From the NCBI GenBank assembly GCA_048772705.1, contig JBLWGC010000104.1, forward strand, positions 558,001 through 622,000: a stretch of 64,000 nucleotides of DNA, read 5' to 3'. The position numbers were made by a program, and so were the translations under genes. This document shows, piece after piece, positions 24,369 through 36,594 of the stretch (the stretch's first letter is position 1; each line of letters opens with the position of its first letter). Origin of the DNA: Leidyana gryllorum EB-2025a. Its lineage: Eukaryota > Protista > Apicomplexa. The notes below the pieces were generated by a model. It made no database searches. It saw nothing but the letters and a program-made list of their open reading frames with translations, and was not told the DNA's origin.

Positions 24369-24713
24369 CTAAGCCTTGACAGTCGGCCTCGATTCGAGGC
24401 GAGCTTTTTCTTCTTCGTAGCGAGATTTGTCCTTCTTACTTTGGGCGTAGTATTCTTCCTTGTCTCCTTCTGCTAGCGCCTTCCACTCCTTTCCAAGGAG
24501 CGAGCCAACTTGAGTGACTTGGCTTGCCAACTCTGGGTGTTCAGCGATGATTTGGGGTCGACGAGCTTTGCTGAAGAAGAAGAATGCGGACATGGGCCGC
24601 TTCGGCAAAGTGGAGGACTTCTTTGTACGTTTCTTGACAACCTTCGCTGTAGACCCTTTCTTGACGGCTGTCTCTTTCTTGTCAGTGGAAGCAGCAGACT
24701 TGCGAGGGGGCAT
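24369..24713 (-). CDS. HMG-box protein (NHP6/HMGB-like)
   Basis: PKRPMSAFFFFS..R..I..EHP..VGSLLGKEWKAL..KEEY..DKSRYEEE. Confidence 0.93.
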   Translation of the reverse strand: MPPRKSAASTDKKETAVKKGSTAKVVKKRTKKSSTLPKRPMSAFFFFSKARRPQIIAEHPELASQVTQVGSLLGKEWKALAEGDKEEYYAQSKKDKSRYEEEKARLESRPTVKA

Positions 24714-25076
24714 TGTGAATTGTTGAGTGTTCAATGCTTATATGATTCAAGATGTAATGTTATAGTCAACAACAGTCTCCGTCTGCCCCAGAAAAACTGA
24801 GACGTCGCACACACGCTGGTTTGTGTGAAGTCGCGTTTCGAGTGTGGGATTTTTTCGACGATACCCAGGCGACGGGCATCTAGAATGGTGGTACTTTGTC
24901 AGTGTCAGTGTACAAGGACTGTAAAGAGTGTCTGCACCAAGTTAAGGCTCTAGATTAAGTGCAGTGTGCAGCCGTATTCGCGTTGATGAGACGAAATGTG
25001 ATGAACTGATGAAGTCCTTCGTTTTCTTGCTGTGGTCTTCACGTTTGCACGCATCATTGATCAAAAGTGCTCTAAT

Positions 25077-26637
25077 TCACAGAGATGCATTGAGTGGTGA
25101 TGTTTGAATGAGCTTTAAGCTCTCTCGAACGTTGAGCAGAAAACGTCTCCTCCTGTCTTTATCAACATTGTTCTCCATGAGGCTGTTGACAAGCGCCTTC
25201 AGGTGGAAGAGTTTATTTTTGATCTGCTTGGGGTCAATGAGTGGAGACTGTGTGCCCGTGGCTTCATCGCTGATCGCTGAGTTGAATTCGTCCTCGACTG
25301 TACCTCGAGATTGCGGTAACGAGTCGGCCTTCCACTTGAGCATCCATACCTGACGATCACCGATCTGTACCAAATTCCCATCGAGATATTCGATGATGGC
25401 AACAGTTCTCAGAAACTTCATCACTCGAGCCTCCCATTGTCTGGTAGAGTTGGAGATGGGATGAGAGAGTTGCTGGTTGTCCGATGAAGGCACGATCTGA
25501 TCCGTACAGTGAAAGGCGGAAGAGTGCCTCGTGTGTGTGTTGAAATGCCGCTCGATACAAATGTCCAGTAACCTTTGCCGCTGCCTCAACTGTCGATAGT
25601 GCTCACTGGATGACTGCGTTGGGGACCAGTGCGATATGATCTCTCTGATGGTACGCAGCCTTAACAGGGCATCCTGGGATGTCTTTTTTACCACGTCGGG
25701 GCTCGTGGGACTCGTGAAACATGAGTTGGTCAAAAATACTTCTGCCATGCTCAGGCTTTGTAATGCCCCGGCAACTCCCTCGAAGAGCTCCTTTCTGGCT
25801 GCGTCCTGCCTCACTCTGTCGGAGGGAAGTTGCAGACTCTCGAGTTGGCGTTGTTTCGCCATGCGCAGGATTTCCAGTCTAGGTTTCAGCAGCTCTCTAA
25901 CCCATTTTAGCTGGTCCCAGGGCACGTTAACTCCCCCCATTTTGCCCAAGTCCTCCTCCATTACAGAAATAATGTAGAGCTCCTCTTCACCGAGCATTTG
26001 TTCTTCGCGCAGCCGACACTCCACCACAGATTCCGCGGCGACCAAACTTTTTCCAGCCAACCCCAACAGGTAACGGCGAACATCCCTCCATGTCCTCAGG
26101 CCTGAATGTCGACAAGACATCGAGGTATTGGTTTGCTGAACAATTTCTCTGTTCAGTCCCACAAATAAGGGGATTTGGCGTGATGTCCACGAAATCTCCT
26201 GCTGGCCGACATTCAAGAGTTCGATGTTGGCCGCTGAATCGTCTTGCACGCTGCAAGGCCCGCATATTTCATCCACAACGTGCAACAGCCCTTCCATCAA
26301 CGTCACCCAAGAGTCTCTGACGACATTTCTTGAGCGGGTCTTGTGGCTGGCGATGCGAGGCATTGAAAAAAATTGGTACTTTTGCGTGCTACTATTTGTC
26401 GACTGTTTGAGCAACATTCGGTTGCGATCGAAGCGCACTCTGACAAGCTCAACTAAAAAGGCGCCACTGTTGTTCAGCACCACGCCTTTGGTGCGGTAGT
26501 CGGTAGAGATACAAGAATGTAAAATGTGAAGCAAGCAAGCAAGTGGAGCCTATCCGTGTACAGACAGCACAACGCTTGTGCGAGTCATCGAACTTGAATT
26601 CCTTCAGAGCTTTGAAGCTGATAGCTTTGATGGCCAC
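25077..26637 (-). CDS. Hypothetical protein
   Basis: 485 aa ORF plus an upstream CxxC-containing exon; start not resolved. Confidence 0.55.
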
Positions 26638-26813
26638 ACCGGATGTACGGACATCAAATGAATCTCGCTGTCGCTCTTGGAATCATAGATTGGACAGATC
26701 GCAGGATGCTTCGACTGGTGGGTATCGACGCCTTCCGCCCATCTGCAGCTCGAGTGACTGCCTCGGCTCGTCGTGGTGCTGTTTGGACTTCAAAAATGAG
26801 TTCCTCTGTCTAT

Positions 26814-29800
26814 CTATCTACGAAGGTTCAATTGCGCCTCGAGATGGCGGATCTGAATTTGAAGCTGGCGGTTCTGGGCAAGAATGGATTCCGGCTGAGT
26901 CACCGTTTCCTTGAGAGCATCCGACGAAGACGAACGAGTGCGCCCGAACTGAGGTCGTTCCTGGGGGGGCTGTGAAGCGGAAGTCGTCGAGGGCACGTCA
27001 TGCTCCTCCTCCCGCAGTGGGAAGAGGTCGGACTTCCGTCGTCCGAGAGGGGATGTCTGGAGCGACGAGAGTGCCAGATGACCGTCGTGCGTTGCCCGTC
27101 GGGGAGGAGGGGAGCCCCACGGGGGTGAGGCCAACCCGAAAAGGGGACGGGGATGCGCCTGCGGCGACATTGGCGAAGCCCAGGGCCGCGAGCTTCGGAC
27201 CTCAAACGAATTGGTGGGAGACTCTTTGTCGAGACGCGCGTCCAATCCCTCAATATCCTTGAGGAGGACATCTGCAACGGCCTGCTCGGCTGCGGCTCGC
27301 AATCTGGCGATGCCATTCCCTCCTTTCCCTGCAGTGTCACATAAACCGCATTGTTGATTCGATTGCCAGACCATACTTTTCAGTTGCCGCCATTGACCTT
27401 CCATGTTTTTCAACGCAGTTTCCTTCTCAGCCAAGGCTGTCTCAACAACAGCCCGACTCTGCTGAACCGCTCTCAACTCTGTCTGTGCCTCTCGCAACGC
27501 GTTTTCATACTGAGCACGACTTCTCGCGCGATCATCCTCAGCTCGAGCAGCCCGTGCACGTTCCTCCTCTCTCCTACGCTCCGTCTCGGCCTCCAGCTCA
27601 CTCAATCGCGTTTCCGCCTCCCTTCTGCGAGCCTCAGCGGCCAGCGCTGCCGCTCTCTCACGGTTGGTGGCCGCTTCGAGCTCCATCAGCTGTCGTTCCT
27701 CATTCGAAGTTCGCTCGCGCAAACTTGCCAAAGTCGTCTCAGCTGCTCTCGTCTCCTCCAGGATCTCCCGTAAGTGCGCAAACTCAGCTTCACGAGCCGT
27801 CTCCGCTGCCTTTTGTGCCGTCTCTGCTGCCGTCTCCGCCCGTTTCGCAGCCTCGGCGGCGGACTCGGCCACTTGTGTGGAGGCGACAGCCGCTGCGTGC
27901 TCATCGCGCAGGGCCTTCACCCGTGCAGTGACCGCTTCTGCCTCAGCTCGTAAGGCTGTCAGTTGTAGTGTGGTATCGGCGAGTTCCGCTTTTGCTCTTC
28001 CTAAAGCGTTGTTGACGTCACTACACTCTCTTTGGAGAGAACGTAGTGTTTCAGCAACGGCTTCCTTCTCCACTCCCAATTTGCTCAATGTCGCTTCCAA
28101 GATTGCCTTATTCGCTGCAGCGGCTGCAAGAGACCGTCGAGTTTCTTCCAACTCCTTCTTCGCCACCTCCGTTGCGCGCGTGGTCTCTTCTAGCTCTAAT
28201 TTGGCGGTTTCCGCAGCCCGTGTGGCCTCCTCAAAATCATGACGTGCGGTCTCGATGCGGGCAGCCATAGCCAACTGCTGGCTGAAGAGAGGCCCGTCAT
28301 CCATCTTGACGAATGAGGGCTCGACAGAATATTGGCTCAGCTCATCTTTGGTGAGACTCCGACTGGACGCTCTCGATCGAGCGAAAGCGCTCTCTTGGCC
28401 TCGTAGCTCTTCAAGGCGTCGAGTCAGTTCCTCACATTTCTCACTGAGTCGAGCAAATTCGGCCTCTCGCAAGCGCTTCCTTTCCTCCAAAGCCTCTACA
28501 GTGGCTCTCAATGAAGTCTCTCTCCCGTTCTCCGGAGATGTGCTCGAGACAAAAGTCTCTTGTGCCGTCAGCAAGACATCGTCGAGGGTCGACTCTTCTC
28601 TTCTCAACACCCCGTTACTGTCCAGCACGGTGGCAGATTCCAACAACGGCTCTGGGCGTGGCGTCTCGGTGGTTAGTGGGCCGTTGGATGGTTCTAAGCC
28701 TCCAGATGTGGACGTAGTGGTGGCTGTAGTGGTTTGCAATACCGACTGCGCCGCAGCGGTAGCGGCAGCAGTAGCTGCATCTAAACGTTCCTTCTCGACA
28801 GCCAAAGCTGACCGCGCCTTCTCAAGTCCGTCGTTTGCCTGAGCAGCCGCCGTCTCGAGTTGAGAGACATCCTGTCGTAGGTTTTGAGCTTGAGTTTCGA
28901 GAAGCGCAATCTGAGATCTCAGATCAGCGACCAACGTCTCAGCATTTCTCTTCTCGTCGAGAGTGTTATTCAATTGTTTCCCAGCGTCTTCAATCGAAGC
29001 CCTTAGCCGAGTCAAGTCTAATTCTAAGTGTTGTCGAGTGGCTTCCGAGTCAGCGAGTGCTGCTTGGTGAGCAGCCGCGTCACTAAGCACACGCAATGCA
29101 TCTTCTTTTTGCGCCAAAACTTGCTGTAGTTCGGTTCGGGCAGATGCCAGACGGTCACTGGCTCCTTCTAATGCTGAGACATTAGCGCTCAATGTGGATT
29201 GTTCGGCTGCTAATTGTCTGACGGTCAGTTCGGTGGTACTCAATTCGGCTTTAAGTTGCCTCAGGCGGTCTTCGAGATCATTGGTTTCTTCCTTCAAGGT
29301 AGCAGAGACTTTGCGTTCTTCCACATTTGACGTTTTAAGAGCGTCATATTCACTTCGTGCAGCTTTGATTTTCTTGTCCAGTAGACCAAGTTCATCTTTC
29401 GCAGCTTCTAATGCCGCATCCAACTGCTCCTTCTCGACCTTCATAGTGGTCAGGCGACTTTCCGCTTCCTCAACTTGGCGATTAATGAGGCTCAAATCTT
29501 GTTTGGCCTCCTCCGTGCTCTGAGAGCTCGAGATTGCGGCATTCTCCAGTTCGATCGCACGATCTTGTAGATCACTAATCTCCTCTTGTAATCCATTCTT
29601 TCGCGATTCCATTTCTTCCATTTCTTCCATTCGCTTCTGTCGCTCCGCCTCTAACTCCTGCAAAATCTGTGCCTTTCTCTGCTCCAACGCTGCCTCGTGC
29701 TCTTTGCACTGGGTCCTCGCCGCTTCCGCTCCCTCCCGCAACGCCTCAACCTGCTTGTCCAGTTCAGCACGTTCCATCTCTGCCTCCTCGTTCAGTCGCT

Positions 29801-29937
29801 TCAACTCCATGTTACGTTCCTAAAAAAGAGACCACAGATAAATACAGTCGACCCACCGTCCAGCTTACCCTGAGTTGAGCTTGATGAGCTGTTAAAGCAT
29901 CGATTTCTGCGCGTAGAGCATCGAGATCCTCATCCAT
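26814..29937 (-). CDS. Long coiled-coil protein (~1020 aa)
   Basis: E/A/L/R heptad-rich 998 aa ORF; short first exon MDEDLDALRAEID with an intron near 29821-29868. Confidence 0.8.
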
Positions 29938-30099
29938 GGTGGGCCGCGAGATCGATCCTCGGCGGGTAACAAGACGATAATCGCCGCTATCTCGACGGCC
30001 GTGACTCTCCAAAGTGAGGCTACCATCCCCGCCTTCAGGCACACAGGGACCGCTTGAAAAGCAAATGTTCGTCGACACACGTCACCAAACCCGAACTTA

Positions 30100-30960
30100 C
30101 CACGTGGGGTCATCTGGAATGTGAGTCTTCGAATGTGGGGTTGGAGGACCAGCGCTGGCCTCGCGCGGCGACGACTGTTTTATTCGCTGTAGGGGGTGTC
30201 GCCCACAGGCACTGATCTCCTGAGGAAATAAGCCCAATCAATACTTGTCGTCAGTCAGTCATAGAGAAGATGTATTACACCATCCACAATCTCCCACAGC
30301 AAAAGGTCGATCACCTCATCACAGAGTGTGCTCGATATTCAGCGTTCGATAGTGTGTGTCAAACATTGGACAACACCTGCCTGGAACCCTTACCTGCAGA
30401 AGTTTGCTATTCTGGTCTCTGTGTTGAGCAATAGCGCGGGCTCTGATGATGAGCTCCTCTGACATCTTCCTGTTCTCCTTCCTTAAAGCTTCATTTTCGG
30501 CTTTGACAGACTCGAGTTGGGACACCAAGGACTTATGTACTTCATTGCTGGTGGAAATGACTGGACGGGGTGTGCTGTCGCCATTAGATTTACGGCCCGT
30601 GGCCCACTTGGGCCAACCGCTGCCGCCGGTAGATCGCGCGCTTTTGAATTCCGTGCTTTTGTCGCTGCGCCTGCAATTAGAGTGGCAATGTCAGCATATT
30701 AGAGATGGTCAGTTACCGACCCGTAGGCGGTGACAGTACCCGCTGCCCGACGGCGGGATTGTCCAGCAGAGTCGGTCTTGGAGGAGCCGAACAAGCCGTT
30801 GGTCCGCGCCATGACGGGGGCTTCCTCGTCCGCCGTGGCGCGGGGGGTCTTTTCTATGGAAGGCGTCCGATTTGACGCTCGTCTCGGAGAAGGATCGGTG
30901 CGCGCGGTTGGGGGTTCATTGTCGCCAGTAGCGGAGGGTAGTTGTTGAAAGGCAGTCATT
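30100..30960 (-). CDS. Hypothetical small coiled-coil protein
   Basis: Exonic ORFs (MTAFQQLP..; LESVKAENEALRKENRK) separated by GT-AG introns; 3' end approximate. Confidence 0.4.
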
Positions 30961-31033
30961 GGGAGCACGCGGCTGTTTATATCGATCCGCCGGTTCACCG
31001 CACGAGAAAACCACGCAGCCACACTCCATTAAT

Positions 31034-32064
31034 TTATAAAGGGAGCACGCTACTGCTTCCCCCTCCCACTCCAAATAAGCTCTTGATTCTGTTCAGGATC
31101 AAATCTTTAACCATTCCAAGCATCCGCGTCCCTCCTGGGAAGTATGAGACGATGAAGGAAATGAGTGCTGCGATCTGCACCACAGCAAACAACATCGTCT
31201 GAAGGTAGAAGAAGGAGCGATTATTCTGATAGTTGCGTGGATACTTACCAGGATATAGGAGTGGGCGAACAGGCAGGCATAGAACGTCCCGATCAGCGAA
31301 GCTCCATAGGCCGCTGTGAAGGGCACCCTGAAAATGTGAGATAGGATTACAAGTGTTGAGTGGGCGGGCGGGTAGCTGCTTACCTCTCGCGATTCACCAT
31401 CGCGTATAACAAAGACTTTGGCCCGTGCAACATGGCTAAACCTGTGATCCATGATACGGAGCCCAACGTAAACAACAGCGTGAACTTTTGGGGCGCGAAT
31501 ACCACCCTGCAGACGATATGAGTAGAGGGGGGTGATAATAGCTCACATTGGCAGGAATAGGAAGGCTAAGAACATGAAGAACGCCCCCAATGCGATGCAA
31601 ATCGCAAAGTTGATGATCTGCTGATAGCCGAGTGATAGCAGACTGAAGGTGCTGCTAGTGCTGGACGACGCATTAGTGTCAGCACCGGTGCCGAATACTA
31701 CATTCCGGGCAGACTGGTAGCTCTGTTGGGAGTAAAGAATGTGAGATTAAAGTGGAGAGAGAGAGGGGGGGGGGAGAGGGGAGAGAGGGGAGAGAGGGGA
31801 GAGAGGGAACTTCGAATCCCTTGAATTCGTCGAATTCGTCGAATTCTGTCTTACCGTTTCAACTGCGGCTGTAACGCTAGAAATCAGGGAGGTAGGATTA
31901 GTACTTGGTGTATCGGCATCTGAGGAGGGGCCTATTTTGCCCGAAAGATTCACCGACTGAACCGGAGGGTTATAGAAGTAGGGGTCAGCGGCTCCTTGGT
32001 TCTGGTGGCCCGCATATAAGCTGAATGGTGGCGGCGCATAACCACTGGCTCCCCCCTGGTCCAT
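31034..32064 (-). CDS. SFT2: SFT2/Got1-family vesicle transport membrane protein
   Basis: FLAFLFLPM..FAPQKFTLLFTLGS, HGP, VQIAALISFIVSYFPGG motifs over several exons. Confidence 0.85.
31755..31845. repeat. Coding microsatellites: (GGGGAGAGA)n encoding PLS repeats, and (GAATTCGTC)3
   Basis: Visible 9-nt tandem units within the SFT2 N-terminal region. Confidence 0.8.
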
Positions 32065-32379
32065 GGTGGATACTTTTGATATTTTTGTCTACTAATTGGA
32101 AACACCAGTCCAGCAGCCGAGGCGATTGGAGGTAGTCTCACCTAAGGCTCGCTTTTTGCTTTTTTCCTCGCCACAGATGACTGCCAGCCACCATCACCAT
32201 CATCATCAGACGGTGGTGACTACACATCAAACCACTCAAGTGAGACCGACCGAGCGAGCTGATCAATTATTGAATCCTTTCATATATAGAGGATCGTTGT
32301 AAATGGCAGTGCTGATGTGACCGACCCGCAGAGTGAGCAACTCGTTTAGAAAGACGAAGAGCTGCTGTGACTGATAGAT

Positions 32380-35169
32380 ATGCCGCCACCCCAACCGCTG
32401 GGATGCGACATGTCGGTGACCACGGCTTGGCGCTTTCTCACCTTTGACGGCACCACTAATCTCAATCGTCGCTTCCAATCTACCGCACAGATAGGCCACG
32501 TCGTCTACTTATTTGGCGGCGAGACCAAAGTAAAGACCAGCGCCGCCCCCGGAGCAGAACCGGTCAAACATATGCTGAACGATCTTCATTCATATGACAT
32601 TAGTGAGCAGTCCTTCAAAATACTTACACTTGTTGCAGAATCTGATAAATGGACTTTACTCGACTCTGGCAGTGAGGGTGGGCCTTCTCCGCGCAAAGGG
32701 GCTATCCTCCTCGCTCATGGCGCGGCCCTCTACCTCTTCGGAGGCGCTGGACCGGGCATCTGCTACAATGACCTCTGGAAGTGGGATACGCTCACACATC
32801 GATGGATCGATCTCACCACCTCTGCGGTTCGCAAACTCATTGCGTCGGATGCTTTTGCTGACTCCCCAGACGTGCTCCAACCCATTGAGAAAATGCTAGA
32901 CGAGGGCAAAGCTGCCGCCAATATTGCTCAGCAACTCTCTCAGCTACGCCCACAAGACTACCCGGCAGGACGAGCTTACCACTGTGGCGTGGTCCACCAC
33001 GACATGTAAGCGGCCCCATTTCGGAGTCTCTCTCGGCCATCATGTCCATCGACCTACCAATCCCTTCGTCGCAGGCTGGTCATCTATGGGGGATATGGTT
33101 TCAAGAATGACAGCACCTCTGCGCTATGGATCTTCGATATCAATCAGACCAAATGGCGCAATATTCGGATGCAGTCCATGCTTAATGCCCCTGACAGCAG
33201 CAGACCTACACACCCGGGAGTTCGCTTCGGACTGGTCGCGTGCGTCTATGGTGACAACATGTTCATCTTTGGTGGCCAGCAACAATCAAAGCTGGTCGGG
33301 GCGGTACTCTACCGTCTCGACCTCAAGAATTTTACGTGGCAGCAGATCGCTACCACAGGCAGCCCCCCCGCACAACGAACTTAGTGAGTGTGCACACACA
33401 CCAAACTCCTGTTGAAGATCAATCGCTCCCTCCCACCGCTGCAGTGCCACAGGATGCCTCGTGGGTAATCGATGGTTCATCCATGGAGGATCCTCGGCAG
33501 ATGATGTCTTTGCTGACTGCCACGAGCTTAATTTGGATTTGGTTCATTGGCATCCGTCTCCCGAACTGTACTCTAACATTACCCTTGAGGGCCACTCATC
33601 GGCCTCTGTGAGCACAGAGAAGGGTGTCACCTCCGTGCTTTTGATTGGCGGCGCTACCGGTGGTCCAGGTGAGTAGAAGGTGTCCGCCCACAGCGTCGTG
33701 CCCCACTCCACTCAGACCGCCCAAAGGGCCCCATGATGCAATGTGATTTCGTATTGCCCGAGATTCAGGCCCTCGACAACGTTCGGGTAATAACTGCCAG
33801 AGATCCCCCGTGTCTCCACACCTCACTCGATCTTTCTATTGCAGCTCGAAGACTGTCTCATCCGACCCCCCGAAGCGTCGCAGCTATTTTGGATTATGTA
33901 CCGTCAATTACACTCTCGGGGCTACAACGTTTATGGCGGTATGCAAGAAGATAATCGACTCCACAGTGTACAAACTGAACTGAATGAATTACGAACAAAG
34001 TGAGTTAGGCTCCAACCGCCGAAGGGGGGGGCGCTTCCTCCACGCGGATGCTCACCCCTCTTCATTCCCTCTCGGCAGGTTACGGGTGCTTCAACAACAA
34101 CATGAGACATTACTGGAAACTAATCGACGAATTGAGGAGCAGAAGCGGGAACTGATGGCCGTCGCACATCAAACGCGGGAGCAAGCAGCCGAGAGCGCTG
34201 CTGCCACCCAAGCAACCGACAATGCCTCGTTGCTCGGCGACAAGGAGATCACTCGTTTGCGCCAGGCCTCGGAGACCAACCGTCAGGAACTCAGTCGTTT
34301 AACCCGAAAGTACAAAGAGGTATGGCGATCTGCTTTGCTCCCAAGAAATCAAATGGCTCAAACAACAGATTGTCACGCGCGAACAAACGACCGTGGCACA
34401 CGTTCGTATCGTGAAAGAATCTGCTACTGAAACTCGAGAGTGCTTTACCTCCGACTTTTTGCCGGAACTCCGAAGCCTTCTCGACGTGTTGCCAGCGGAG
34501 GCAGCGCTTGACCCTTCAACGACTGTTAACAAGGCAAACACCGTCATCGAACTGGCCGAGGTGGGTGCCACAGATGATGCCGTTGGGTGGTGAAACTCGA
34601 TCATTCGTAGGAAGTGGAACGCCGCTTACAGACGGTGGTCGACAGCTTAAGTCCGATAAAAACGGAGGTGCGTTCGTTTTCCGTGTGGCATGGGCCATTT
34701 GTAGTGTCAGCCGCAGGCGAGCTCGCCTACAAGCCGGACGGCTGAGCCGGTTACCGAGACTACCACCAGGAGCAGCACGACGAGTCGGAAACAGGTGGAT
34801 CTCTCAGGGATAAAGTCTGCAATGCGGGGCACTTCGTCTTCCAAGGAAGAGACTACCGCCACTAAGGGGCTGTCTCCAGCGGGCCGAACAGTCGGCGTGA
34901 GTTCGCATTTGGATCCAGCGATGGGCAAACTCGACCTGGGTCGGGGCTCTGTCGACCGGAAGGCATCAATGCGATCGGGTCGGGGTTCTGGGAGAGCAGC
35001 AGGTGGCCGAAAGGGCACAGCCGATGGGTACAGCGGTCCGGGGATTCATTGTGCAGTCCATTGCGGGTCTGGAGCACTCAAGTTGCGCCCCGCCCCAGCC
35101 CCAACCCGCAGCATGTCTACTGTTACATCACACGCAAACAACTCTCGATCAGTGGGAGCGGGGGCTTGA
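32380..35169 (+). CDS. Kelch-repeat protein with C-terminal coiled coil
   Basis: Repeated YLFGG..NDL..W, PSPRKG, FIFGG, FIHGG Kelch blades; multi-exon. Confidence 0.85.
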
Positions 35170-35470
35170 CTGAGGAAGCAGCAGCAGCAGCAGGTCGACC
35201 GGCGGAGCGACGACTGGACGGCTGGACGGGCCGACGACGACAGACGGACAGATGTATTGACTGGCTGACTGACTGATCGACTGACTGACTGCAGACTGAT
35301 TGACAAATGAGTCTCTCGAAACAATAACGAGTGAACGAACATCCCGCGTGGCTCTCATTCATTCATTCACTCTCTCTCTCTTTCTACATAGTGTGTTCAA
35401 CCAGCTACTACGCTACTTTCGTTCTACTACCCATACATATTATTTATATTTCCACACACACTCTTATGTC
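35170..35470. repeat. Simple-repeat-rich convergent 3' UTR region ((GACT)n, (GCA)n, (ATTC)n, (CT)n)
   Basis: Directly visible microsatellites. Confidence 0.7.
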
Positions 35471-35998
35471 TTATGGGCGGTCGGGGATGAGGATACGGTC
35501 GACCACAATGGGCGGTTTCTCGACTTCCAGAGGGTAGAGAGTGATATTGAAGAGCATTATTTTTCCTTCTGCTTCATCGGGTAATACGACGCGCGTCTCG
35601 TAGGCTTCACCGAAGCGCTCATTACGTCGGAGCAGCTGCAGCGCCCGCACGGGTTTGCCATTGCAGAATCGAGGGGTCGAGAAATCCACCATTTTGGCGA
35701 TGCCGTACCACTTCCCAACATCAGGATCAATGTCAGTCATTTCTTTTCCGATCAAACTGGCGTGCATCGACTTGGGGCCCAACGGTGTGACGATCCATGA
35801 GTGCAAAACTGTATCGTCTTCCTCGAGTTGGGCACCAAACGGCACAGCTAGTCGGTTCATTACAGCGCGTTTGATCTTTCCCAAACCAATGTGTCGCATC
35901 TGTGGGTCCAGCGAATCGCTTCGTTCCAAAGACGTTGTCCACTTTCCACATATCGATCGCGCATGAATTAAAGCCTCGGCATATGACCCGGCTACCAC
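35471..35998 (-). CDS. Hypothetical protein (~175 aa)
   Basis: Globular-looking ORF with a GTG start in the track; probably has an upstream exon. Confidence 0.5.
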   Translation of the reverse strand: MVAGSYAEALIHARSICGKWTTSLERSDSLDPQMRHIGLGKIKRAVMNRLAVPFGAQLEEDDTVLHSWIVTPLGPKSMHASLIGKEMTDIDPDVGKWYGIAKMVDFSTPRFCNGKPVRALQLLRRNERFGEAYETRVVLPDEAEGKIMLFNITLYPLEVEKPPIVVDRILIPDRP

Positions 35999-36594
35999 GT
36001 CCGGAGCTGTGTGTGTGTGGTGTTTGGATTATTTATTATATTAGTCCATATAGGTGGCGGGCCATATATTGATTGACATAAAAGAAAGGTCGACTTAGTC
36101 ACTCCCGATTCGACACCCAGCAGCACACACCAAGCACAAGTACGATATGCAGCAAGGCAGGTAGACGGCAGGCAGGTAGTACGAAGAGGGAGTTACAAGA
36201 GTGTCGAACAGCTTACGTTTGTTTATCGGGATCTCCGGGCTGAACCACTCAACGTGCAGAGAACGCCACATACAAGTGCATTCTATATTGGGCACCTCTA
36301 AACCATCCTGGCGTCCCCAATGCGTATCGGCATGTAGAACCACATCTAAGCAGTTGGAGGACTGATGACTTCCCCCACCGGACTCCGCTGTGGACAGAGT
36401 CACTTGCTTCCTGTGGTGGTGGAGAGAGTCTGCAGCGGATTCTGCTGCACTATGCCACGATAGACTTGAGTGTGCATCACACCAAACATCTCCAGTACCC
36501 CTGGCGCCCGAAGATCTACCCCAACACGGACAACGTGCTCGACAAGCCCGCCAAGGCTTGAGCCAAAAACGCTTCATCAACCAAGAAAGTTCTT